A stretch of 64,000 bases of DNA. Origin: Squalus acanthias (Eukaryota). Where the stretch lies: assembly GCA_030390025.1 (NCBI GenBank), contig CM059431.1, positions 153,328,001-153,392,000 of the forward strand. The letters are read 5' to 3'. The translations under genes and the position numbers were made by a program. A model generated the notes under the pieces. The model was given only the letters and a program-made list of their open reading frames with translations. It did not search any database and had not been told where the DNA came from. Of the stretch, positions 12,701 to 25,737 are shown piece by piece (the first letter of the stretch is position 1; every line of letters begins with the position of its first letter).

Positions 12701-15700
12701 TTTGAAAGCGGTCCCTAATGGGGAGATACTCTCTTTAAAAGGGGTCCCTAATGGTGAGACTCCCATTTAAAAGGGGTCCCTGCTGGTGAAACTCCCTCAT
12801 TAAAAGGGGCCGCTAATGGTGAGACACCATCTTTAATGATGATGCGACACTCTTGAAAAGATGTCCCTGATGGGGAGACTCCATCTTTAAAAGGGGTCTG
12901 TGATAGTGAGACTCACTCTTTAAAATTGGTCCTGGTGGAGAGACTCCCTCTTTAAAAGAGTCCCTGATGGAGACACTCCAAATTTAAAAGGTGTCCCTGA
13001 TGGGGAGACACCCCTTTGAAATGTGTACCTGATGGAGTAATTCCCTCTTTAAAAGGGTTCCCTGATGGTGAGACTCACTCTTTAAAAGGGTCCCTGATGG
13101 TTAGTCTCTCTCTTTTAAAGGGGTTCCTGCAAGTGAGACACCCTCTTTAAAGGGGTTCCCGAAGTGTGAGACTCTCTTTTTAACAGGGATCTCTGATGGT
13201 GAGACTCACTCTTTAAAAGACACTCTGATAGAAAGACTCCCTCTTCAATATTAGTCCGGAGGATGAGATGCCCTATTTAACAGGGGTCCCTGATAGAAAG
13301 AGTCTCTCTTTTAAAGGGGTCCCTGATAGTCAGACTCTCTTTTTAAATGGGATCCCTGATGGTGAGACGCTGTCAATAAAAGATATCCCTGATGATGAGA
13401 CACCCTCTTTAAAAGGGGTTCCTGATGGTGAGACTCCTTCTTTAATATCACTCCCAGATGTAAAACACCCTCTTTAAAAGGGTTCCCTGATGGTGAGACT
13501 CACTCTTTAAAATGGCTCCCTGATGGTGAGACACTGTCATTAAAAGAGGTATCTGATGGGCAGACTCTCTCGTTAAAAGGGGTCCCTGATGGTAAGACTC
13601 ACTCTTTAAAATGGTTCCCTGATGGTGAGACACCGTCTTTAGAAGGGGACTCTGATGGTGAGACACCCTCTGTAAAAGGAGAACCTGAAGTTGAGACTCT
13701 CTTTAAATGGGGTCCCTGATAGAAATACTCTCTCTTTAAAAGGTGTCCCTAATAGGAAGATTCTCTTTAAAATTGGTCCCTGGTGGTGAGACTCCCACTT
13801 TAAAAGGGTCCCTGGTGCAGATATTTGCTATTTAAATGGTGTCCCTGATGGTGAGAACCCTCTTTAAAAGGGACCCTGAAAGAAAGACTCTCTCTGTAAA
13901 TGGGGTCCCTGATGGCGAGACTCCCTCTTTAAAAGGGGTGCCTGATGGCGAGACTCCCTCTTTAAAAGGGGTCCCTGATGGTGAGACTCCCTCTTTAAAA
14001 GGGGTCTCTGCTGGCGAGACACTCACTTTAAAAGATGTGCCTCACAGGAAGATTTTTTTTAAAGGGTTCCCTGATGGTGAGACTCTCCCTTCAAAAGTTG
14101 TCCCTGGGTGTGAGACTCTCTCTTTAAAAGGCATCTCTGATGGTGAGTCTCCCTCTTTAAAAGGGGTCCCTGATGCTGAAACACCTTTTTTAAAACGGGT
14201 CCCTGATGGTGAGACTACCTCTTTAAAAGGTGTCCCGGATGGCGTGACTCTCTCTTTAATAGGGGTCCCTGATGGGGAGACTCCGTTTTTAAAAGGGGTC
14301 CCTGATGATGAGACTTCCTCTTTAAAAGGGTCCCTGATGGTGAGACTCCCTCTTTAAAAAGGGTTTAAGATGGTGAGACTCCCTCTTTTAAAGGGCTCCC
14401 TGAGAGAAAGACTATTTAAAAGGGTCTCTGACGGTTAGACTTTCTCTTTAAAAGGTGTGCCTGATGTTGAGACAACTTCTTTAAAAAGGGTCCCTGATGG
14501 TGAGACTACCTCTTTAGTAGGAGTCCCTGATGCTGAAACACACTTTTTAAAAGGGATCCCTGATGGTGTGTCTAGCACTTTTACAGGGATCACTGGTGGT
14601 GAAAGTCACTCTTTAAAAGGGCTACCTGATATAAAGACTCCCTCTTTAGAATGGTCTCTGACGGTGAGCCTCTCTCTTTAAAAGTGATCGATAATTGTAT
14701 GACTCTCTCTTTATAATGTGTCCCTGGTGGAGAAGCTCTCTCATTAAAATGGGTCCCCGACGGGGATACTCCCTCTTTTAAAAGTGCCCCTGATGGTGAG
14801 ACTCTCACTTTAAATGGTGTCTCTCATTGGAAGATTCTCTTTAAAAGGGCTCCGTTATGGAAAGACTCCCTCTTTAAAAGTGTCTCTGATGGTGAAACTC
14901 CCTCCATAGGAGGGCTCCCTGATCGTAAGACTCACTCATTAAATGGAGCCCTGATGGTAAGACTCACTCTTTGAAAGGGCTCCCTGATAGACAGACTTAC
15001 TCTTTAAATTGGTCTCTGACGGTGAGAAGTCCTTTAAACGTTTACCCTGAGGGGGAGACTCCATCTTTAAATGGGGACCCTGATGTTGATACTCCCTCTT
15101 TAATAGGAGTTCCTGATGCTGAAACACCCTCTTTAAAAGGGGTCCCTGCGGGTGAGACACCCTCTTTAAAAGGGGTCCCTGATGGTGAGACTCCCTCTTT
15201 AAAAGGTGTCTCTGCTGGCGAGACACTCACTTTAAAAGATGTGCCTAATAGGAAGATTTTTTTTAAAAGGGTTCCCTGAGGGTGAGACTCTCCCTTCAAA
15301 AGTTGTCCCTGGGTGCGAGACTCTCTCTTTAAAAGGCATCTCTGATGGTGAGTCTCCCTCTTTAAAAGGTGTCCCGGATGCTGCAACACCTTTTTTAAAA
15401 CGGGTCCCTGATGGTGAGACTCCCTCTTTAAAAGGTGTCCCGGATGGCGTGACTTTCTCTTTAATAGGGGTCCCTGATGGGGAGACTCCGTTTTTAAAAG
15501 GGGTCCCTGATGATGAGACTTCCTCTTTAAAAGGGTCCCTGATGGTGAGACTCCCTCTTTAAAAAGGGTTTAAGATGGTGAGACTCCCTCTTTTAAAGGG
15601 CTCCCTGAGAGAAAGACTATTTAAAAGGGTCTCTGACGGTTAGACTTTCTCTTTAAAAGGTGTGCCTGATGTTGAGACAACTTCTTTAAAAAGGGTTCCT

Positions 15701-18481
15701 GATGGTGAGACTACCTCTTTAGTAGGAGGCCCTGATGCTGAATCACACTTTTTAAAAGGGATCCCTGATGGTGAGATTGCCTCTTTAAAAGGTGTCCATA
15801 ATTGTGAGACTCTCTCTTTAAAATAAATCCCGGATAGATAGACTCTCTCTAAAATGTGTGCCCGAGAGTGAGACTGCCTCTTTGAAAGGGGTTCCTGATG
15901 GTGAGACACCCTCTTTAAAAGGGGTCCCTAAGTGTGAGACTCTCTCTTTAAATGTGATCTCTGATGGTAAGTTCAAGCTTTAAAACGGGTCCCTGATGGT
16001 AAGAATCTCTTTAAAAGGGCTCCCTGAAAGAAAGACTCCCTCTTTAAACGGGTCTCTGATGGGGGGACTGTTTCTATTTAAAGGGCTCCCTGATAGAAAG
16101 AGTCCATTTTAAAAGGTATCCCTGATAGTGAGACTCTCTCTTTAAAATGTATCTCTAATGGTGAGACAAACTCTTTTAAAGGGATCCCTGGTGGAGAAAC
16201 CCTTTCATTAAAAGAGGTACCTGATCCTGAAACACCCTCTTTAAAAGGGGTCTCTGATGGGGAGACTCTCTCTTTAAAATGGCTCACTGACAGAAAGATT
16301 CCCTTTTTAAAAGGGATCCCTGATGGTGTGTCTCGCACTTTTACAGGGATCACTGGTGGTGAAAGTCACTCTTTAAAAGGGCTACCTGATATAAAGACTC
16401 CCTCTTTAGAATGGTCTCTGACGGTGAGCCTCTCTCTTTAAAAGTGATCGATAATTGTATGACTCTCTCCTTATAATGTGTCCCTGGTGGAGAAGCTCTC
16501 TCATTAAAATGGGTCCCCGACGGGGATACTCCCTCTTTTAAAAGTGCCCCTGATGGTGAGACTCTCTCTTTAAATGGTGTCTCTCATTGGAAGATTCTCT
16601 TTAAAAGGGCTCCGTTATGGAAAGACTCCCTCTTTAAAAGTGTCTCTGATGGTGAAACTCCCTCCATAGGATTGCTCCCTGATCGTAAGACTCACTCATT
16701 AAATGGAGCCCTGATGGTAAGACTCACTCTTTGAAAGGGCTCCCTGATAGACAGACTTACTCTTTAAATTGGTCTCTGACGGTGAGAAGTCCTTTAAACG
16801 TTTACCCTGAGGGGGAGACTCCATCTTTAAATGGGGACCCTGATGTTGATACTCCCTCTTTAATAAATGTTCCTGATGCTGAAACACCCTCTTTAAAAGG
16901 GGTCCCTGCGGGTGAGACACCCTCTTTAAAAGGTGTCCCTGATGGTGTGACGCCCTCTTTAAATAGGGTCCCATATGGAGACACTCCCTCTTTAAAAGGG
17001 GTCGCTGATGCTGAGAATCCGTATTTAAAATGGATAACTGATGGGGAGACACCCCCTTTAAAATGTGTACCTGATAGAGACACTCCCTCTTTAAAAGGGC
17101 CCCTGATGGTGATGCTCACTCTTTAAAAGATGTCTCTCATTGGAAGATTAACTTTAAAAGGTCTCCCTGATAGAAAGACACACTCTTTAAAAGTGTCTCT
17201 GATGTTAAAACTCCCTCTTTAGGAGGGCTCCCTGATCGAAAAACTCCCTCTTTAAAAGGGAACCCTGATGGTGAAACTCCGATTTTGAAACGGCTCCCAA
17301 TAATGACCGACTCGCTCTTTAAACGGGTCTCTCCCGGTGAGACTCTCTTTAAAATATTTCCCTGATGGTGAGTCTCCCCCTGTAAAAGGGGTCCCTGAAG
17401 GTGAAAAACCCTATTTAAAATGGTCCCTGATGTTGAGACTCTCTCTTTACAAGGTGTCCCTAATAGGAAGATTATTTTTAAATGGGTCCCTGATAGAAAG
17501 TCTCCCTCTTTAAAGCATTCCTTTAAAGAAAGACTTTCTCTTTAAAATGGGTTCCCTTTTGGTGAGACTATCTCTTTAAAATTGTTCCCTAATAGGAAGA
17601 TTCTCTTTAAAAGGGGACCATGATAGAAAGACTCCCTCTTCCAAAGGGGTCCATGATGGTGGGACACCCTCATTAAAAGTGCTCCCTGATGGGGAAAAAC
17701 CCTCTTTAAAAGGTTTCCTTGTTGGAGAGACTCTCTCATTAAAAGGGGTCCCTGACAGGGATGCTCCCTCTTTAAAAGGGGCCACTAATGGGGAGATTCT
17801 CTCTTTTAAATGGGATCATGTTGGATTGACTCTCTCCTTAAAAGTGGTTCGTGACAGGTAAGCTCCCTCTTTAAAAGTGGCCCCTGATGTTGAGGCTCTC
17901 TCTTTAAAAGTGGTCCCTGATGCTGATACAGCCTCTGTAGAATGGGTACTTAATGCTGAGACTCCCTCTTTAAAAGGGGTCCTTGATGGTGAAACTATCT
18001 ATTTAAAGATGTCCCTAATAGGAAGATTCTCTTTAAAAGGGGGCCCTGCTAGAAAGACACCATCTAAAAAAGGGGTCCCTGATGGTGAGACTCCCTCTTT
18101 GAAACGGATCCCTAATGGGGAGATTCTCTCTTTAAAAGGTGTCCCTGATAGAAATACTCTCTCTTAAAAGGGGATCCTGATGTTGAGACTCCCTTTTTTA
18201 AAGGGGTCCCTGATAGAAAGACTCTCTTTAAAAGGGGATTCTGATGTTGAGACTCCCTTTTTTAAAGGGGTCCCTGATGGCGAGACTCTCTCTTTAAAAG
18301 GGGTCCCTCATGGGGAGACTCACTCTTTAAAATGGGTCCCTGATGTTAAGACTCTCTTTAAAAGGACTCCCTGATAGAAAGAATCCATCTTTAAGAGGAT
18401 CTCTGATGGTGAGACTCCCTCTTTAAAAGGGCTCCCTGATGGTGAGACACTCTCTTTAAAAGTGATCCCTGATGGTGAGAC
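9779..18481 (+). repeat. 33-bp satellite, forward, block 2 (contains the Harbinger derivative at 10114-11007)
   Basis: Same monomer as block 1, with internal ~0.6-kb higher-order duplications. Confidence 0.97.
10114..11007 (-). mobile_element. Non-autonomous PIF/Harbinger deletion derivative (894 bp)
   Basis: TIRs GGGGTAAAAATT...AATTTTTACCCC and a 3-bp TSD TAC (10111-10113/11008-11010). Both arms are reverse-complement homologues of the two ends of the element at 35161-42963. No coding region. Confidence 0.92.
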
Positions 18482-19615
18482 TGAAGTGTTAATTACTAGT
18501 CCTAGCCCCTTTAGGGCTTATCCGGAACAGGCGTATTTCTCAGACATTCACTTTCAACTAAAGTTTGAGTTAGCCGAATCCTAAAGGCGCTTAATTGTGT
18601 CTGAAGATCGGGACTATATCTCCCGAAAGGAAAGGAACAACCTGGAAATGTTACCGAACTCGAAATAGCACTTTTAATAAGTTTAGCTAGACTGTAACGT
18701 TCCGGATATTATGAGGATAAGGAAAAATCCCCCAGAATTCTTCAACTTCTCACGAAAGTGTGTACAGAGATTGAATTTGCGAGTTTGATACAGAAGTCAT
18801 ATGTGAGTCAATATAAAAAAAATATATAGATAGATTAAATAACCGACATGTAATTTACAGTTGGTGTGTCAATCGCAACATTAACAGTTCCAAAAAATGA
18901 AAGATTTACAATCTTATTATCAGAGATCCTTATTCTCAAATCTTAACTTCGCTGCAGTTTTACTGTTCTTAAAGATTATTTAGGATATCCACCAAAATCA
19001 AATATAGTAACTTTGATCCCCGAGGTACAAATTCTTGTAGAATTACGGAGCCACCTCTGAAGCTGAGAATCGCTTTGCCCGTTAAAGCGTGTCTACTATC
19101 CCATTTGAGAGTTCAATATTTGCACACTTTTCCAGTGTTATTTCCTTTAAGCTTTTCTGCAGATGTAAGCTAATTATCTATATTCATTTTTCTGCAGACC
19201 CCTGCATTCCAAGTCTCCTCAGCTGGTAGTAATACAGAGTCGTGTCTTCTCTAGGTGTTCCAAGCTTACCATAAAAAACGGTGTAACAGCAGGTGCCTTT
19301 CATTTGATGTCATTTTTACTAAGACCTTCTGTTTGTGCCTCTTTACGAAGTGTAAATAAGAACAACTTGTACAGTGTTAAACTTTGTTTTGTTACGAAAG
19401 GTTCAGATTGTCGGGAGTCTTTAACCTTCGGCTTCAATCAGATTATTGATTCAGTGTCAACAATTATCTTACCTCTATACCAGAATTCTATCATAGCTTT
19501 AGATTGTTGAGGCTTCCAGATTTCCAAACCCAGTTTGCCATGTTTTAATAAGGCCAGAATTCTTTCATACTGTGGTGTGCTTTACTGAATAGGTTATATG
19601 GCTTATTCCTTCACA
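18482..19615 (-). mobile_element. Solo LTR of the foamy-like ERV family (1134 bp)
   Basis: TG...CA ends, colinear with the provirus LTRs at 23803 and 45390. Perfect 4-bp TSD AGAC (18478-18481/19616-19619). Confidence 0.9.
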
Positions 19616-19744
19616 AGACTCCTCTTTCAAAGTGTCTCTGAATGTGAGACTCCCTCTTAAAAAGGAATCCCTAATGGGTAGATTCTCTCTTTAAAAGGGG
19701 TTCCTGATGGTGAGATTTTCAGCATCCGCAGTATTTTGCTATCG

Positions 19745-20560
19745 TATTGAATTTCTAATACTACTTCAAATGTTTATTTTATCAGACGTTGTGACTCCGT
19801 GGTATTCCATGATCAATAAAAGAACAATGTAATTGCTTGTTGCTTCCTTTGAAGTAATATTTTCAAAGTCGTCTTGTTTGCGTACTTTTTACAACTTGTA
19901 AATTAAAAACACTTCTCTAGTATCATCATGCATTTCTAATTTGCTTCAATTGATTTTTAACTTGGGACTCCACCTTTCAAGCTTAACGTTAGAACTATTT
20001 GTTCAGAAGGCATTTATTTTACTTGATGTCATTTCTTTAAAGCCTTCTGTAGGTATTATATTTACAATATGTTAATTGAAAATACTTTAACTCAAGTGTT
20101 TAATTGTTTTCTCGCTATTTGAATTAGTTGCATATTTAATGATGTTTCCTCTTTCTAAGTTTAACATAAATCTATTTTACGATAGGTATTTCTTACTTGA
20201 TGTCATTTTTTCAAAAGCACTTTGTTTTTTTTAATGTTCTGTGCACCTGTTCGACGTGTTAGATTATAACACTTTACTTGGGTCATTCCATTGTTTTTCT
20301 CCCAAACTCTGGACATAGAGGAACCTCCCAATGGTTTGCTTCAATAGGGCATTGTCTTTCACAATATCCCATTCCCATATCAAAGCTTGTGTTTACAGCT
20401 TTGTGTTAACAAACCATCATATCTCATAAGCCTGTATTGTGCCCTCAGCCTGTGTCGCCGAGGCTTTCAGACTTTTAAACCCAGTATGTCATTTATTAAT
20501 AATTTCAGAATTCTGTTTTTAGTATCGTGCATTTTTCTGAATCCTGGCTATTCCTTCACA
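19745..20560 (-). mobile_element. Partial LTR (U3 portion only) of the foamy-like family
   Basis: Ends in GGCTATTCCTTCACA like the other LTRs, then AGAC and satellite. Colinear with 63175-63977. The R/U5 half is missing. Confidence 0.85.
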
Positions 20561-23500
20561 AGACTCTCTCATTAAAAGCGTTCCATGATGGAGAGACTAT
20601 CTCTTTAAAAGCGGTCCCTGATGCTGAGATTCCCTCTCTAAATGGGTCCCTAATAGGAAGATTCTGTTTAAAAAGGGTCCCTGATAGAGAGACACACTCT
20701 TTAAAAGGGATTCCTAATGGGGAGACTCTCTCTTTAAAAGGGATTCCTAATGGGGAGATTCTCTCTTTTGAAGGGTCCCCTGATGGTGAGACGCCCTCTT
20801 TAAAATGAGACCCTGACGTTGAGACTCGCTTTAAATGGGGTCTCTGATGGTGAAACTCCCACTTTACAATAGTCCCTGATGATGAGACTCTCTCTTTAAA
20901 AGGTGTCCCTTATCGGAAGATGTGTTTAAAATGGGTCCCTGATAGAGAGACAACCTCTTTAAAAGGGATCCCTGTTGGTGAGACTCCCTCTTTAAAAGGG
21001 ATCCCTAAAGGGGAGATTCTCTCTTTAAAAGGGGTCCCTGATGTTGAGACTCCTGCTTTAAAAAGGGGATGGTGAGTCGCCCTCTTTAAAAGGGGTCACT
21101 GACGCAGACACGCCACCTTCAAAAGTTATCCCTGATGGAGCGACTCCCTCTTTAAAAGGGGTCCCTGATGGTAAGACTCTCTCTTTAAAGATGTCCCTGA
21201 TGATGAGACATCCTCTTCAAAATGGGTCTCTGGTGTTGATATTCTCTCTCTAAAAAGGTGTCCATGGTGGAGAGACACTCTCATTAAAAGGGGTCCCTGA
21301 CAGGAATACTCTCTATTAAAAGGGGTCCCTGATGGTGAGACTGCCTCTTTAAAAGGGATCCCTAAAGGGGAGATTCTCTCTTTAAAAGGGGCCCCTGATT
21401 TTGAGACGCCCTCTTTAAAAGGTGACCCTGTCGGTTAGACGCTCTTTAAAAGGGGTCTCTGATGTTGAAACTCCTCTTTAAAATGGGTGCCTGATGTTGA
21501 GGCTCTCTCTTTAAAGGGGTTCCCAGATGGTGAGTCTCCCTCTTTAAAAGGGGCCACTGATGGAGACACTCCACCTTTAAAAGTTTTCCCTGATGGAGAG
21601 ACACCCTCTTTAAAAGGAGTCCCTGATGGTAAGACTCTCTCTTTAAAAGTTGTCCCGAATAGGAAGATTCTCTTTAAAAGGTGTCCTTGACAGAAAGAAT
21701 CACTCTTTAAAAGTGGTCCTTCATGGAACGACACTTTCTTTAAAATTGGTTCCCGAGTGTTAGACTCCCTCTTTAAAAGATGCCCTGATGATGAGACATC
21801 CTCTTTAAAAGGGGTCCTGATGGTGAGATTCTCTCTTTAAAAGGGGTCACTGGTGGAGAGACTCTCTCATTAAAAGGGGTCCCTGACAGGGATACTCCCT
21901 CTTTAAAAGGGGTCCCTGATGGTGAGACTCTCTCTTTAATAGGGTTCCCTGCTGCTAAACACCCTCTTGAAACGGGGTTCTGGATGGTGAGACTCCATTT
22001 TTAAAGAGTGGTCCGTGATGCGTAGACACCCTCTTTAAAAGGGTTTCCTAATGGCGAAAATCTCTCTTTCAAAGTTGTCCCTGATTTAAAGACGCCCTCT
22101 TTAATAGTATTCCCTGGTGCTGAAACACCTTTTTAAAACGGGTCCCTGGTGGTGAGCCTCTTTAAAATGGGTCTCTAATCGGGAGGCTCTCTCTTTAAAA
22201 GTGTTAACTGATAGAAATACTCTCTTTTTAAAAGGGGTCCCTGATGGTGAGACTCCCTTTTTAAAATGGGTCCATGATGATCAGACTCCCTCTTTAATAG
22301 GATTCCCTAAGGCTGAAACACTCTCTTTAAAGGGGTCCCTTATGGTGAAATTTCCTCTTTAAAAGGGGTCCCTGATCGCGAGATTCTCTCTTTAAAAGGG
22401 GTCCCTGATGGGTTCACACCCTCTTTAAAATGGGTCCCTGATTGTGAGACTCTCACTTTAAAAGATATCCCTAATAGGAAGATTCTCTTTAAAATGGGTC
22501 CCTGATGGTGAGACTCTCTTTAATAGGGTTCACTGAAGGGGAGACTCCATCTTTAAAAGGGATCCATGATGGTGAGACACTCATTTTAAAAGGGGTCCCT
22601 GATGGTGAGACTCCCTCTTTAAAAGGGGTCCCTGGTGGAGAGACTCTCTCATTAAAAGGGGCCCCTGCCAGGTATACTCCCTCATTAATAGAGGCCACTG
22701 ATGGTGTGACTCTCTCTGTAAAACGGGTCCCTGATTTCGAAACACCCTCTTTAAAATGTGTTCTGGATGTAGAGACACCCTCTTTAAAAGGGGTCCCTGA
22801 TGGTGAGACTTGCACTTTAAAAGGGGCCCCTGATGGTGAGACTTCCACTTTAAAACAGGTCCCTGATGCTGAAACACCCTCTTTAAAAGTAGTCCCTGAT
22901 GGCGAGACTCGCTCTTTAACAGGAGTCACTGATGGGGAGAGTCCATCTTTAAAAGGGGTCCCTGATGGTGAGACTACCTCTTTAAAAGGGATCCCTAATG
23001 GAGAGATTTTCTCTTTAAAAGGGTCCCTGATGGTGAGACTCCCTTTTTAAATGGGGTCCTTGATGGTGAGACTCCCTATTTAAAAGGGAATCCTGATTGA
23101 GGGACTATCTCTTTAAAAGTGGTCCGTGAGGGTGAATCCCCCTTGAAAAGTTGACCCTAATAGGAAGATTATCTTTAAAAAGGGTCCCTAATAGAATTAC
23201 ACCCCATTTAAAGGTGGTCCCTAATGGGGAGATTCTTTATTTAAAAGGGGTCCCTGATAGTGAGACTCCCTCTTTAAAGGGGGTCCCTGAGTGTGCGACA
23301 CTCTCTTTAAAAAGGATCTCAGATGTTAATACTCACACTTTAAAAGGGAATCCTGATGGTGAGATACACTCTTTAAAAGGTCTCCCTGATAGAAAGACTC
23401 CCTCTTTAAAAGGGTCTCTGACGGTGAGAATCTCTCTTTAAAGAGGGCCCCTGCTGGTGAAACACCCTACAAAAATGCGTCTCTGATGGGGTGAATCTCT

Positions 23501-23802
23501 ATTTAAAAGAGTTCCCTGAATAATGTGTCCCTGATGGTGAGACTCCCTCTTTAAAAGTGGTCCCTGATGGAGACACACCCACTTTAAAAGGGGTCCCTGA
23601 TGGTGAGACTTTCTTTAAAAGTGTCCCTAATAGGAATAATCTTTTTACGATCGGTCCTTGATAGAAATACTTTCTCTTTAAAAGTGGTCCCTGAAGCTGA
23701 AACACCCTCTTTAAAAATGGTCCCTGATGGTGAGACTCCCTCTTTAAAAAGGACCCCTGCAAGTGAAAATTCCTCTTTCAAAGGGGTCCCTGATGGTGAG
23801 AC
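20561..23802 (+). repeat. 33-bp satellite, forward, block 3
   Basis: Same monomer; ends at GGTGAGAC|TG, the LTR junction. Confidence 0.97.
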
Positions 23803-25213
23803 TGAAATAATTATTACCAGTCCTAGCCCTTTTCTGGCTACCCCGGATCAGGCGTATTCCCCAGAAGTTCACCTTTAACTGAAGTTAGAGTTAGCTGAAT
23901 CCTAATGACGCTTAATTTCTCTCCCTAAAGGAAAGGAACGACCTGAAGATGTTACCGTGCTCCAGATAGCACTTTTAATAAGTATAGCTAGACTGTAACC
24001 TTCCGGTTATTATGAGGGTCCGGAAAACTCCTCCAGAATTCAGCAACTCATCACCAAAGAGTGTACAGAGATTGATTTTGCGAGTTTGATACAGAGGTAC
24101 TATTTGAGACAATTCTAAAAAAACATAGATTTATTAAAGATTCGACATGTAGTTGCAGTTGTTGATTCATTCGTAACTTTAACAGTTCAAAATACAAAAA
24201 AACTTTCAATTCTTATCAGAGATCCTTATTCTCAAATCTTAACTTCGTTACATTTTTACATTTCTTACTTAGTCTTATTCCAGAATATCCACCAAAATCA
24301 AATACAAGTACCTTTGATCCCCGAGACTTAACGAGTTGAAAACTTTTACAGAGCTTGCCTCTGAAGTCTGAGAATCGCTTTGCCCCTTCCAGCGAATTCT
24401 GTCTTCCTATTTGTAATTACAATCTTTTATGCTCTTTCTCATTGGTATATCCTTTGAAGTTTTCTGCTGATGTAAGCTAATTATTTCTAGTCATTTTCCT
24501 GTTGACCCCTGCTTTTCTTACAATTAGTTCAGCTTGTAGTTTGCAGAATTATGTCTGCTGTGTAAGTGTTCGAATCTTATCATAAAAAACGGTTGCAACA
24601 GATGTATCTATTTGATGCCATTCTGACGAAAGTCTTCAATTCAATTATTATGTCACCTCAGCTGGTTGTATTATAGATCTCGTGTGTCCTCGGTGTTCCA
24701 AATTCAACACAAAAACAATGTGATGGCTGTTGCATCTATTGATGTCATATTTATGAAAGTCTTATGTTTATATATTTTTAGAACATGTAAATTAAAACCA
24801 CCTCAACTGGGTATCTCATTGTCTTCTTAGCAGCCTCAGTTGGTTGCAATAAATAATCGTGTCTCGTGATTCATTTGATGTCTCCTGTGTTTCATTTGAT
24901 GTCATATCTATGAAGGCATATGTTTCTTTAATGTTCTGTGTTTCATTTCACAAAGTGTTGGTTTATGACACCTAAACAGGGTATGGCTATTGTGTTTTTT
25001 CTCAAGCTACAAACTTTTGGGAACCTCTAACCTTCTGCTTCAATGAGTCTATTGTTTCAGTGTCAACAACTTAACTTATCTCAAAAGCCTACATTCTTTT
25101 TACAGCTTTTCCTTGTTGAGCCTTTCAGATTTCCAAGCCCAGTTTGTCATGTTCTAATCAGAATTATTTCATAGGATGGTGTATTTTTCAGAAATATGAC
25201 ATGTTCCTTCACA
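23803..25213 (-). repeat. 3' LTR of the foamy-like provirus (1411 bp)
   Basis: Direct repeat of 45390-46813, with TG...CA ends and a minus-strand AATAAA at 24130-24135. Preceded on the minus strand only by a degraded purine run (CAAGAGTAGTT). Confidence 0.9.
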
Positions 25214-25737
25214 AACTACTCTTGACCAAAAAATGCACTGGACCATCTAGACAGAGTGTGATCAATGTTACTAATAAGATTACAATAGCACATTAATTCC
25301 ACGTGATTCACAAACATGTGCTTCATTAAAATTCCTTTTAAGTTATTCTAGGACAATGTTTTGCCTTATTTTAAATTGAACACAATCAGCGAAATAACAT
25401 GTACTTAGAATGTGCAATCGGCAGATGTTCATTCCGTAGAGGTGAGTTATTCAAGGAGACATCATTTCGAACTAAATGTAGCTTAAGAACATAAGGACAT
25501 AAGAAATAGGAGCAGGAGTAGGCCAATCGGCCACTTGAGCCTGCTTCACCATTCAATAAGGTCATGGCTGATCTGATCCTAAACGTCAATCTACTATCAC
25601 AGAACCATCTCCTGAACCTAACAGAATTGGACACACGAAATAGGAGGAGGATCAGGCTACACGGCCCCTGGGACCGCTAGGCTACCCACAGGGCCATGAC
25701 CGATCCAAATATGGACTCATGTCCAAATTCCTGCCCG

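Noticed and set aside
20561..23802. Satellite as the internal region of an LTR element bounded by the LTRs at 20560 and 23803 (both junctions AGAC)
   Set aside because: No PBS or PPT at these junctions, the two LTRs are different subtypes, and the solo LTR at 18482 shows AGAC is target sequence. Separate insertions or array duplication explain it more simply.
1124..23878. Many ORFs with (KGVPDGETPSL)n or (KRESHHQGPLL)n repeats as a repetitive protein gene
   Set aside because: A by-product of a 33-bp unit divisible by 3. They appear on both strands and in several frames, with frequent stops and indels and no unique domain or splice structure.
25214..25483. Viral accessory (tas/bel-like) gene remnant
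   Set aside because: The position fits, but there is no convincing ORF or motif in 270 bp. The listed ORF 25386-25634 is mostly LINE 3' UTR.
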